Translations under genes and position numbers: made by a program
Source: Phoronis australis
Taxonomy: Eukaryota > Animalia > Phoronida
Direction of reading: 5' to 3'
Assembly (NCBI GenBank): GCA_002633005.1
Contig: NMRA01000253.1
Coordinates: 73,251-137,250, forward strand
Length of the DNA: 64,000 bases
Part shown: positions 37,711 through 49,387 of the stretch, in pieces
Layout: every line of letters begins with the position of its first letter
Position numbering within the stretch: position 1 is the stretch's first letter
Notes under the pieces: generated by a model
The model's input: only the letters and a program-made list of their open reading frames with translations
What the model was told of the DNA's origin: nothing
Database searches by the model: none

Positions 37711-39269
37711 TTATTCACAAAGTCGCCATTTTAGTAGTAGGTTTCAAAAAACAATGCATTTGAGACATGAATATAACGAGGCACGCGAAAAAATCACCCT
37801 TGGCGCTGTATTTAAGCGCAAATTGCACGGTTTTAAAACCTAAAAGGAGGCGTATTTTTAAAATGGCGACTGCATGAATAGGGTGTATAGATGATGCGTA
37901 ACAGCCAACACAGCTCAAACAATACACAAAATTAGATCGCTTATTACGGAATTTACAAGACCCGTGATCTAAACTTCAAAGGCTGTCAAAATCTTACTTT
38001 GGCCTCATGTTATGACTCAGAACGAAGTAATTGGGTTTCACACCCATCTCTTCAGCTTCATCGCCACTGTGAAGTCATACTACACAAGGCAGGATTGGGA
38101 TAACATTTATTTACTAACTGAGTACCACTAACAGCTTTTTGTACGCTACCTGCTCTTTGAATGAATAACAAAATCATTATGAAATCAACACCATAGAAAA
38201 AACATACATTTGCAAATACCTACATGTATTTGCACCAGAGCCAAGCAGCGATAACGCGCCCTCTCTTTTGAGTATAACCAGAAGTAGGACTAGCAGCACG
38301 ATTAACACCGCAGACGCTGAGACGGCAATGTCGGCTATTTCACTATCTGCTAAGTCCTCGAGAATACTGAGATCTAGAAATATAGTTCACACGTATTACT
38401 AGAGCAAGCTTGACAAGCATGAGAAAACCTCAGGAGCTTTTTCGGAAACTCCCATTTCCCCGAAGTGGTTTGGCGTCCACAAAAAGTCCCCAGAGTGCTC
38501 TTGGGGATAAGAGTGGTTGCTTCTTACGGAAACTTGTATTGCTTAAAAACAGCGCTATGACTGGGCTGTGTGTTTTAACATAAGTAAGCGATGTACTTAG
38601 AAGTGAAAAGAAGATTGAACTCGGTAACCAGCACCAGCATGCTACTGATTGTCTGAATAACATTCAGAGCTCAGTGACCCTACAACTACTGTATGGTGAT
38701 GACCTACTTACTTTCCCTGTATCTCTCACTCTCATTTCACCACATGCATGTGACTTGAAAGGTAGTCGATACTTGTTGTCCTGCTGTACATATTCTGATG
38801 ATGTCTTATGAATAGACGAAACGTTGAGTTAACATGAACGTTTTATTTGTGCGGCGATTGTCCATTTTCTAATCGTACTATTGCCAAAAATGATGTAATT
38901 CAGTAAAGACGACATTGGAGGAGGTGATTTGTTTCTGCTGAAATTTAAACTTTCGTTGACTTGAAATACCAATCAAGGTTTCACTCCAGCAGTAGTTTGG
39001 CTATAGTGTAGTACCGCGACGCCTCCTTTCATAGTTGGCAAAGCCACCGATATACAGTACATGTATCTAAAACATGTCAACGCTCCATTCAAGAATTGAA
39101 AAAATGACATTGCACATTTCCCTCTATGAATGCAAACGATCCTAAAGGGTCTTGTTGTTGGTTGGGGCTCTTTCGGACATCCTCTGTACACTGCTCTTGA
39201 ATTCCTAGTGGTACAAATTTAAAGCTAAGCCTGAGAGCCCAGACAATGTAGTCATAAACGACTACCGTA

Positions 39270-39811
39270 CATGTATAGCCCCGCAATTATACGGAACCGC
39301 GCCTAACTGCGGGACTTCGGTGTATGCCCTTAAAATCGGAACATCTGCCTTTTCAATGTTTAAAAAAAACTCCTAGTTTGCGTGTGGATTATAGTGCAAA
39401 TTGTATCTAATGACGTATTGCCGGAGAACCTGTATTGCTTGTTCGTCTTCACAGGAAAATTACAAGTCTATGGCAATTTCAGTCCCTACAGTCCTTGGAT
39501 GAGGAGATGAACCAAGTTTTACTTTATACGTAAGTTGTTCTTGAAAATAAATCTTGTATATTTAGAATTTAAGTGTTCCTGTACTCATCTCGAATGCATT
39601 AACGCTACACATTGTGTGAATTGAATTGTATTTAGTGAATTTTTAAAATCATCCAAGGTGCGCCTACATGTATAACCGGAGCACCGCCTACGCTTAATTG
39701 CGGATCTTAGGCGCATGCGTCTATATGCGGGACATTTAAGTAAAAAAATCTTGCGAAAAATTCGTAGTAATCCGCATGTAGGCGCATGCGCTTAATTGCG
39801 GGGCTGAACTG
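39270..39811. mobile_element. Tc1/mariner-like MITE
   Basis: TIR core agccccgcaatta (39277-39289) / taattgcggggct (39793-39805), with internal repeats of the tgcggg/gcgcatgcg motifs. Confidence 0.6.
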
Positions 39812-40768
39812 TGACCAATGGATTCCTACACATAGTACATGTACTTCCTATCATACTACCAAGCAAAATATGAGTCTATCAGAGTAGAACAGCCCAGATT
39901 AGGGTCACATTTGATCCATGTGTTGAACCAGTACGAGTTCAAAAGTCGTAACCGCAAAATGCGATGATAATAATATTGAAGAAGTTAAGGCGTGCTGGCC
40001 TGCTGATTGTGTTTGGTGTTGCCAGTTGCCGCTAGGGGCACTGCATTATTGGTGCGGCTCTTTAATTCTCTCATTCATTCTGCCATCTTTGGCGCATTAA
40101 AGACGTGCCGTGTAGTCCGTTACAAGACAATGCGTTCTTACCACTTCTGAATGTGTCTATAATACTTTAAGTGAACAACTAGACATCTGAGTATTTTTGT
40201 GGTTTAGAATGTTGCTTGTTGTGTTTAATTAGACAGTCTTTGGCATTTTTTTCGCATGACTCATGTAGTGGATGCCGCCACTTCGGTCATTTTTGTGACC
40301 TTGAAAATTGTATTTTGTTTAGTCAAGTCATTTACTTTATAATTTCACTGTGTTTCATATGCTACGCCTTACTGTGGGCTTTTTAGGTGATGAGTCAATA
40401 GTTTCGAACGAGAAATTGACTGTTTGTATCTTTGTTCATGTCCCATTATAGAGCCAAGGAAGTACAGTACACCTCATCATAATCGCAGAACTTAGTTCTC
40501 TATTATCTCCGTAACAGAAAATATTGTTTGATATTTACAGTATTACTACTAACAGAAATAGGAGTAGTAATTGGACAGTGATGATAACAATACTATACCA
40601 ATGACTACACAAAATCAAAATAGAGACAAATTTAAAAAGGTTGACGGGGGCTTTGTCGAAGAAACAAGCTTTTAATTTAGTTCACTAACTGCTACAAAAC
40701 TGCACTCGACTTGTTCCATCATACTCGAGTAAGAAATGCGTTTTGATTTTATAAAAACTGGCAGTTAT

Positions 40769-41595
40769 CATAGGCGGATTTAGGGGGGGCAGGGGGCCCG
40801 CCCCCCCCCCCNCAAGTGTCAAATTCGGAACACGGCGCAATCGTAACGGAACCATGGCTAAGTATAGGCTCTCCCGCGATATCCCTGGCGATCAGCAGTG
40901 GCGCTGCACACTACGACTCCGTTTCCGGCGTCTGCTCCAATGTACAATGAAGAAAATTACTTCATTTTTTAAAGAAAATGAAATCTAAGTTACGATGAAA
41001 AAAAAAGCTGCTGGTAAGATGTGAATTCAAATGGAAGCCTTAGTGAATCACTCAGAAACTCGTAATTCTCGCTTTGTCAAACCTTAACTTAAGACGATTT
41101 CCAAAGCAATCGCGTCATTATTGCCAATTGAAGACTACTTTAAATACAACAAATTTGTTACGAACTGATTGCACAAAATATAAAACGTGTACTAAGCATT
41201 ACAAAAAGAAGTAGGTTTCGCTCGCAAACGCTGTGGACCATAAACAAGTAGGTCTTTTAGTATTGATTAAGAGGTTGAAGCGTGGTGGTGTTGTGGCAAA
41301 GCACGTGCACTGTATCCATCAGATCGTGAGTTCTAGTCTGTGGTAACTGCAGTTTTTCTTCTTTGACACGTTCTCCGTGTTTTTTTTCGCCTTTTTTTCT
41401 TGGATAATACTTCAGGAATCAAGGAAAATGCTTGACTTTTAGAGGAAAAAACAAAAACTTCCTGGGCGGGAAAGGGGTTTGCCCCCCTCCCGACCTCCCC
41501 CCATTCGGTGCTATGCGCATCTACAATCGTGCGTTGCGCAAATGTTAACAGACAAAATGTTGGGCCCCCCTTGTGATATCCCAGATCCGCCACTG
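40769..41595. mobile_element. hAT-like non-autonomous element
   Basis: Termini cataggcggatttaggg / cccagatccgccactg with subterminal gggggccc motifs. No clean 8-bp TSD. Confidence 0.5.
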
Positions 41596-44314
41596 GTTAT
41601 TACTATTGACTGTTGCTTGAATAGATGATAGGTGAAACAAATGAAACGCTGTTTTTGTGGTTGTTTACTTGAATGCAATACGATACAAGTAGTCTACACA
41701 TTCTCTCTACAAGGCGGAAACAGGTTCTCCTTTGCAAAGTTATTGCACATGATTAGGACTGAGAAGAAATCTAGCTGTATGCGGTGGGCGGGTGGCATTT
41801 GACGCGACCGGGTAGTCGAATCATTGTGGATCTAAGGGCGGGGACAATATCCAGTTCTAAAGCTTATGTAATTAGCCAAGTGTTCCTGTTTACGAAGGGC
41901 ACTCACAATTAATTGGAATTAAGACCACCGAAATCCTGATCTACCAGTGGACAAAATATTTACATGTAGTGTTGTCTAAGATAGTCTTTATTGAAGCAAA
42001 AAAGAACAAGAAGAGTGGTGAGTGTAAGACCTAGAATATGTCAATATACATTGTGCAGTAGGTTACAGTTTGGGATGCATTTCAACCTCAGTACAGTCTT
42101 TCACTGGGCTTTTGTCAAGAGGGTTTAATGTCAACCTCCTTTATACCGCATATGGCGGTGCAATACCCGTGTCAAGTGTCGGTACAAAACTAGAAAAGAT
42201 TACTGTATGGTAACTAGACCAATTAAAATGAAGAGGTCGAAAAAATGAAGTGGCACGTTTTACCTGTAAAATGAGCGGTATAGATATGTTGAAAAAGTTG
42301 GACACATATGCCCAAAAAAGCAACTAACCATCCGTTGTACGAGATTGACAAACTTAATAAATCAGTTGAACATGGTTTTTGCAAAAAAATAAAACACTTT
42401 ATTTCCCGCACGACATCAATTTTCACTATGAACAAAGTTTTACTTATAAAATTTCTCATAAAATTGATTGAGGCAAATATTGATCAAGCCTTCATAGGCG
42501 TACATGTACACTCACTTCAGGTAGTTGGAGATGTTGAAATAAGTGTTCATCTGAGTTGTATATAAATTTTGCGGTGAATTACAGTAAAAATGATTCTGGT
42601 AACCCAGTCGAACGCGGAATGATGACGTCATTCTGTTGCAGCGTTAAACTCTGAAGGTTTCTTTGAAAGTAACAAGTAATATAATTAATTCTGACACTTA
42701 CAATAGTCCATAGGACATGTACATCAGCCACGTGGTTGCTTATATCATTTCCTCACCTTTCACTCGCTCTGGCAGCCCATGCAGTAGGGATTAAAATCAC
42801 TCAATTCAATGACGCGAGTGCTATCACCTGCCTTCCACTGAGATAATGAGAGCTCTTAGAGACCGCGATTAGGTGACGGACCATAATCCAATTCATCATT
42901 CTACACCAATAATCCGAACGTGGTCGCAAAGAAAACATATTCTTATCTCCATAACGGTAAATTAAATTATAGTCTTAGATGAACCTGGTATGACGTTATC
43001 GTAAAATTTGTCCATTCAGCGAAATATCTCCTTTTTGAACCGCCATTCGTAATCTTGCAGAAATTGACAGTTACACACACAACATTGACGGGAATACTTC
43101 ACCGTCACGCAAAATGACAAGTAAAATGAATATGCAACACACAAGTTACACGGCTAATCAAGATTTTTGTGAATCGAAATGGAAAACCGATATATCAAAT
43201 TTGAATTTTGAAATTTCACCCTTTATAAACGCAATCATTTTTCCCTTATAGTTCTTAACGTTCGCTTAGTGATCGACAAATTCTGCCTGGTTGGCCGAAA
43301 ATGCACGGAGGTGGCACTGAACAGTTAGGCTGCGGCCACGTCCAATTTGCAGTGCCAAAATATTAAAATCTAGGGATAGGCCAGGTTTGGGGATCAGTTT
43401 TTATTAAGGCGTTGCAAGTACAGAAGTAAGCTCAGTGAATGTGGTTTGTATTTGTGAACATGATGAGAACAAGAAATAACCACTTGCACGGCTGTAGCTG
43501 TACTCTTCCTTATGAAAGCGGGACCCTATTGCATTTCTACATTGTTGGGAAACGACTGAGAAACTTGCCATCAAACAAGCCAGAGTTGCATGAATTCAAT
43601 TTGTTAACAGTACTTTTGAACCACATTTTGGAATCTGTAAGAAATTTTGCTTTCAGAAACTAATGGTGGCATTTGTCGTGCATTGTCAGAGAAGTGGAGG
43701 TTTTGTAGTGAAACGTGCCGATTTTGTGACCCCCTTTTTATCTGGGCTTACATTGCAGCGTTTGCGAATATAAAGGTGAAAGATTTGTTATTCACTCATA
43801 CATGGTGAATAGATATTTAGACATTTTAAATAAAACTTTGGAGCATTTTGACCGCTCGAAGAAAGTGTTCGTACATTTTCATAAATTCCCGACTACTACT
43901 TGTGTACGCTTTGCCTACAATATTCCCTTTCTCACTACATAAAAGCGATTACCACACTCTCGAATTAAAGAATAAATTTACATTAATTTTAGTTTCAACG
44001 CTTGTAATGCCTTGTGCTATGCTAGTTTCACCTAAGTTTTCGAACCGACGGGTAATGTAACTGAAATCAGTTCCGCTGATAATGCTAGACTGCCATCTAA
44101 ATACTATTAATGCGGCCAGTTTACAGGTAACTTTTCTCACCAAAAGGTTATACATGATATTAGATTTTGTTTTAAATCGTCATATACAGTCATTAAGTCG
44201 TTATTTATAAACAAATTTTAAGAGACAACTTAATTAATTTGACTGCATTAAGTACTAAGACAACAGCATGTTTCATTTTTGCGGTCAGACGATTAAACAA
44301 TTCACCGGAATATA

Positions 44315-44364
44315 AAGTGACCAGCTCTTTTGGTAGTTGTGAGTAGCCCTTAAAAAGGGCTGTT
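44315..44364 (-). terminator. Histone-type stem-loop + HDE (variant with 5-nt loop and ACTCA)
   Basis: Minus strand AACAGCCCTTTTTAAGGGCTACTCA-caactac-CAAAAGAGCTGGTCACTT. Confidence 0.7.
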
Positions 44365-44410
44365 GTTTTTATTGTGGGCTTGAGGATTCCACAGAAGTCG
44401 TCAATCTGTC

Positions 44411-44674
44411 TTAACCAAAAGCATGTTGACGTAGATTAAGAAGCAGACTCTTTTGTTTCTCCTCATATTTGTGGAATGCGTTGCGAAGTCCGTGCGTTGT
44501 AACGATCCGCCGCTGCATTTGATCTTTACGAACTTGGTCACATCTCTTCACTGCCCTCAGGTAACGAATCCTCATATCATCCAACTCTCTGTCCAGGATT
44601 TGTACTTGTGTATGTGCGCGAAGACTTTTCTTGTGAGCTTGGTATATTTTGGCTTGGATATCGGGTTCCGTCAT
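44411..44674 (-). CDS. Helical family protein, subtype A (87 aa)
   Basis: Intact intronless ORF MTEPDIQAK...AFG with the family motifs. Confidence 0.8.
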   Translation of the reverse strand: MTEPDIQAKIYQAHKKSLRAHTQVQILDRELDDMRIRYLRAVKRCDQVRKDQMQRRIVTTHGLRNAFHKYEEKQKSLLLNLRQHAFG

Positions 44675-46740
44675 TTTACAACGAACGTGTACGTCACAAA
44701 CGATGTCTTGATCAGTTGTTAGCCAACACTAGATGGCAAAGCTAAATGTATTATACGTTGAGATGGTGATACGTGACACATTGTGACTAGATTCAAAGAG
44801 GTGTGGAAGCCAGTTTGGCAGAGATTATGTTCAGTACTTATTACCAGTGGCAGCTTAATCCGCATTACTGCCAGGGGCATATCTGGACCCAGCCCATTAC
44901 TTAGAAGGCCATTGCGTAACAGCTAATGACAACTGGTCGATTGGTCTTTTCATGTATATGTAGTTAGGAAAAAAATACTTGATAATCGTAAATCTTAAAA
45001 GCAAGTTACCCTATTCAATAAGTGTTGTGAAACTTTCATTTTTTATTTCAAAAAGTGACAGACAATTAAATGAAAAGTTTCTTTGATAATTACAGGCGTA
45101 TTTCTTGACAATATTGTTCATGGACGTGTCAAACATCAAGTTGTTCGCATCCACATTTACTGAACGTCAGACGGTCACAAAGATTAACATTTTAAGAACC
45201 CAGACTACAAACGAAACTCTTTCAAGTATTAGCTCTCAATTACATTTCCATGTACATGTCATGAACAAACACATGCTTTCTGTTAAGTATGTATATGTGG
45301 AGGATAAATCTAAATAACCTGCGACCTGTTACAGTACAATTAGGTGCCGAAATGAATAAACAAAAACTGTATTGTCGGTGAATGTATTCGCACTAGTAAT
45401 ATGTCCAGCGATATTGCATAAATAGGTTTGAAGAACGTAAAAGACACACTCTGCCTTATTTTACATGTTTTAAAAAACAAATAAAAGACTTAATTATTCG
45501 ATTTACATCACTTAAATAACAATGGTTTATAAATAAAAGATATGTTTTTATTTATGCTATTTAAGGAGATTTCGTGAAAAAACGAAATTCAATAGCAGGA
45601 GCTCAAAAATATTTTCAAAATACTATATCCTTTTGTAATGAATTTGGCAACATCATACTGGCAGATGGTTCATCCTTTTAACGAAACTTTGTTTAAATCG
45701 TATCATTAAAACCCAAATTGCAATATCTATTTGCAATTATGTCTTCAAAATTAGTAGTGTCACAACATCATATATTAATATACAAATTAGTGCCCACGCT
45801 GGCAATTGTTGAATTGTTATTCTTCACATAACAGAGGTGAGTGAAGACACAAGAGCAGGCAATACAAGCCATCTAATATAATATTACGGGAGAATACATT
45901 CCAGATCTCGTCATGACACGTAAACGTATATTTTCATCCAATAAGGCTTTTCTGTTCATTGCTCTGCCACTTCAGTTCATACATTTGCTGAATGTTTTTT
46001 ATTCATAGATCATAGATTTGCAAAAAGATATCTACATATACAGGTTGTATGTAATGAACATCTTATCATGAAATTGACATCTATTGTAATTTGACCAGTA
46101 CAAAGAGGCGTCCCTCCCTAATCCCTCTCCATCCCCACCCTCGCTTGTATGCAAATATGGCGTAAGCTGGGTTACTTCACGGTCACCTACACTAACCTGG
46201 TTTCTTAACGCGTTGAATCATATTTTCCTCCGTGTCTCTTTAAACTGCAGCGGCAATTGCGAGGATTTAAAACACGTGCAAAATATTTCCTAGTTATGAT
46301 TAGTCTGAAAAAGGCGTTAAATAAACTTGCATTTTTGATGTAGTCTCCGTATCAATCTCAGAGCACAATGCATCATTGCTTGGTCTCGTTGTCCATAATA
46401 AAACAATAAAAAAACGCCAGTTTCTAGCAAACCACCACCTAATATCTTTGATTACAGGTTAACATTTTTGTACATATCTGAATCAGGAGTGATCTCTTAC
46501 CTTTCAATGTTAAACTAAAGCACGAATTATCATCTATTTCCGTGAATGATAAACAAATAGATGACTTTATTAATATCTGTAAAGTACACGTTTAAAGGGC
46601 TGTTACATTTTCAGTTTAAATATTTTGCTTTTCTTTTACAATCAGGGGAAATGAAAAGTCGCGATGTGTCCTATCACTACGCAGTTTTTTGTCATACGTG
46701 AGTCGTCAGGTTCTGGGATCCATCACAAATATATGATATG

Positions 46741-46790
46741 AAGTGAACAATTCCTTTTGGAACATTTGGGTAGCCCTTAAAAGGGCTGTT
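46741..46790 (-). terminator. Histone-type stem-loop + HDE
   Basis: Minus strand AACAGCCCTTTTAAGGGCTACCCA-aatgttc-CAAAAGGAATTGTTCACTT, 22 nt after the stop. Confidence 0.8.
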
Positions 46791-46812
46791 TTTTGGTATA
46801 TGTCTGAATTGC

Positions 46813-47094
46813 TTATTCAAACAACCGATCTCCTAAACCCTTGAGACGAAGGAGGGATAGAGACAGGTGGGCCTTTCTTTTACCGTAGTGGAAAAACATG
46901 TCGCGCAGCCCGTGCGTGATCATCCTGCGCCGGTGAAGCTGTTCCCGGCGAACTGAATTTCCACTTCTCAGAGCCCTCTCGTAGCGTATGTCGGTATCTT
47001 GCAGCTCTCGATCCAATAATTCGACTTGCTGTGCTGCTTTCAAACATTTTGCCTGTGCGTCGTGCAGTTGCTCATCAAGTGTAGAATCGTCCAT
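46813..47094 (-). CDS. Helical family protein, subtype C (93 aa)
   Basis: Intact intronless ORF MDDSTLDEQL...DRLFE. Confidence 0.8.
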   Translation of the reverse strand: MDDSTLDEQLHDAQAKCLKAAQQVELLDRELQDTDIRYERALRSGNSVRREQLHRRRMITHGLRDMFFHYGKRKAHLSLSLLRLKGLGDRLFE

Positions 47095-47165
47095 CGTGGC
47101 GAGAACGAACGTGAATGTGACCTCAAATGTCAGTATACTGATTCTAATATAAAGACAACGTTGTT

Positions 47166-47215
47166 ATTGGCAGTTGGCCAAGCTGTGTTTAGTAGCACGT
47201 GACACTATGACGTCA
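47166..47215 (-). promoter_or_regulatory. CCAAT + E-box (GTCACGTG) + CRE (TGACGTCA) cluster
   Basis: attgg 47166-47170, cacgtgac 47196-47203, tgacgtca 47208-47215. E-box and CRE(-like) sites also at 56088-56107 and 60073-60092. Confidence 0.45.
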
Positions 47216-48934
47216 CGAGGTTTTATGCTTCCCCGATATTCCAAAATGGCTGGGTTCACACTTTTCTTATCTCAGTGACCACAAGTCTAGATGTCTTTTG
47301 TTGGCTTGGCTTGTTAGATAATTCACTAATCAAGTTACGTGTACATGAACCTCAAAACAATGATTATGTTACTTTGAATGAAATGAATATGATAGCCCTC
47401 CTAAGAACGGGATTTTACATTTTTTCCCAACAACAATGCATTAGTATTCAATACTGTTACAGTAACGTGTCATGCAGGTCTTGAAATAATTATGTCTCAA
47501 GATTTAAATTTGTGTCATTACAGTAACTTCAAGTAATTTAACAGTATTGTACTTCAAATCGTGTAATATTTACTAATTGGCATTCAACAGTTGACAGGAA
47601 TACACCATAAATTAAATATTCCGTATTTCTTTTTATTGGTGGAGATGATATCCCATATACATGTACGCCGTCGTGTATCTCTGTGCCATTACGTTTTGAC
47701 GTCAAAAACAACAAAGTTTGTTAAATTTAATTAGTCCAAAACATTACTTTTAAAAATTGTTGATGACGCTGGAAACACATTTTATTACCATCAGAAACTT
47801 GCTGCTTCGGCTTTGTGTTTTCGTAAAAATGATAACACCCAGGTTACATTTTGGGATGCATTTCAACATCAGTATAGCTTTTCAATGGACTTTTGTCAAG
47901 AGGGTTTAATGTCAACCTCCTTTATACCGCATATGCTGAAAAAATTCAACATATGTCGCAAAAAACAGTAAAACATCCGTTTTACGAGATTGACAAACTT
48001 ATTAAAACAGTGGATTTTTCCCAAGGAAGTAAAATATTTAAAACATTTTGATTAATTTTGGTTTAAATGATACCGCACGACATAAAATTTCACAGTGATC
48101 AAATTTTCTAAATTTTGCTTATAAAACATCACATAGCATTGCTTGGGGTAAATGATGATCAAGCCTTCATAGGCGTACATGTACAATCACTTCAGATAGT
48201 TGGAGATGTAAAACTGGTGTTCATCTGAGTTGTACATGCATTTTGCTGTAAATAAAGTTATGTTTGTGAGCCCCATAGAATGCTGAATGATGACGTCATT
48301 CTTTCGCAACTTTAAACTCTGGAATTTTCTTTGAAATTTACAAGTAGAATATTAAGTTATGGTTCATTGGGACTCATAAATCAGCCACGTGGTCCTTTAC
48401 AGTATTTCCTCAACTTTCACACGCTCCGACAGGTCATACATGTACGGTGATCGGTACAGTAGACGAAGGATTAAAACCACTTCATTCACTGGCACCAAAA
48501 TTATCGCTTGCCTACCACTGAGATAATATGAGCTCTTAGATCACCTCAATCAGGCGGCGGACCATAATCCATTTCACCACTACCCACCTATAACCCGAAC
48601 GTGGTCCTGTAACAAACGTATTGTTATCTCTAAAGCGGTAAATTAAACAACGACCTTACATAAACCTGGGATGATGTTACCGACAATTTGTGCATTCAGC
48701 CAAATGGTTTATTTGGGACACCGCCATTTGTAATCTTGCACAAATTCACAGCTGTACAGGAAATATTGACTGTAAAACTTCACCGCTACGCAAATTGGCA
48801 AGTAAAATGAATATGCAACACACAAGTTACACCGTTACTTTCAATGTGTGTGAAGGGAACGGTAAAACCATACATTAATTTTGAATTTTGAAATTTCACC
48901 CCTTATAAACGTTATCATTTTCCTTTTGATGATG

Positions 48935-49387
48935 GGCCGTTGTGGAGAAAGTGTCGCCGGAAAAATACGACCGTAATTAGATACATTACGCCGTTATTTA
49001 CGCCGTTAAATACGCCGTAAAATTACGAGTGCAATTTAATTCACTACGGCGTAAAATTACGCTCATAATTTAAATTAAAAACTCTGAGCCAATGACGTTG
49101 ATTTTACAAATCACGGTCGCGCGCGCTCATGTAAATACTTATTTACTGTCGGGTTACGTGTCTACGCTACGAGCACTGAATCATGGCGGATCAAATCGCT
49201 GCAGCAATGTCAGCGATTTTGCAAGAACAAGCTGCCCCGCAGGAACAGTCGTGTACCTTAGGTTAACACTGATTGGAATAAATTTGGAACGTTTTAAAGG
49301 TATTTTACGAGCGTAATTTACAGAGGCATTTCCCCCATTTAATTTACGAAAGCGTAATTGTACGGCGACACTTTCCCCTCAACGGCC
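48935..49387. mobile_element. ~450-bp MITE; partial second copy 51355-51554
   Basis: TIRs ggccgttgtggagaaagtgtcgccg / cggcgacactttcccctcaacggcc. Absent from the paralogous sites at ~43245 and ~58695. Confidence 0.8.

Noticed and set aside
44453-44722. Plus-strand ORFs antisense to family genes and to the LRR gene (e.g. 7647-7916, 53896-54165, 26121-26384)
   Set aside because: Shadows of the real coding strand, not conserved between subtypes.
46592-46604. Partial hairpin-like ttaaagggctgtt ~180 bp downstream of subtype C genes (also 55491)
   Set aside because: Only one arm is present, it cannot fold, and it has drifted in the 59496 copy.
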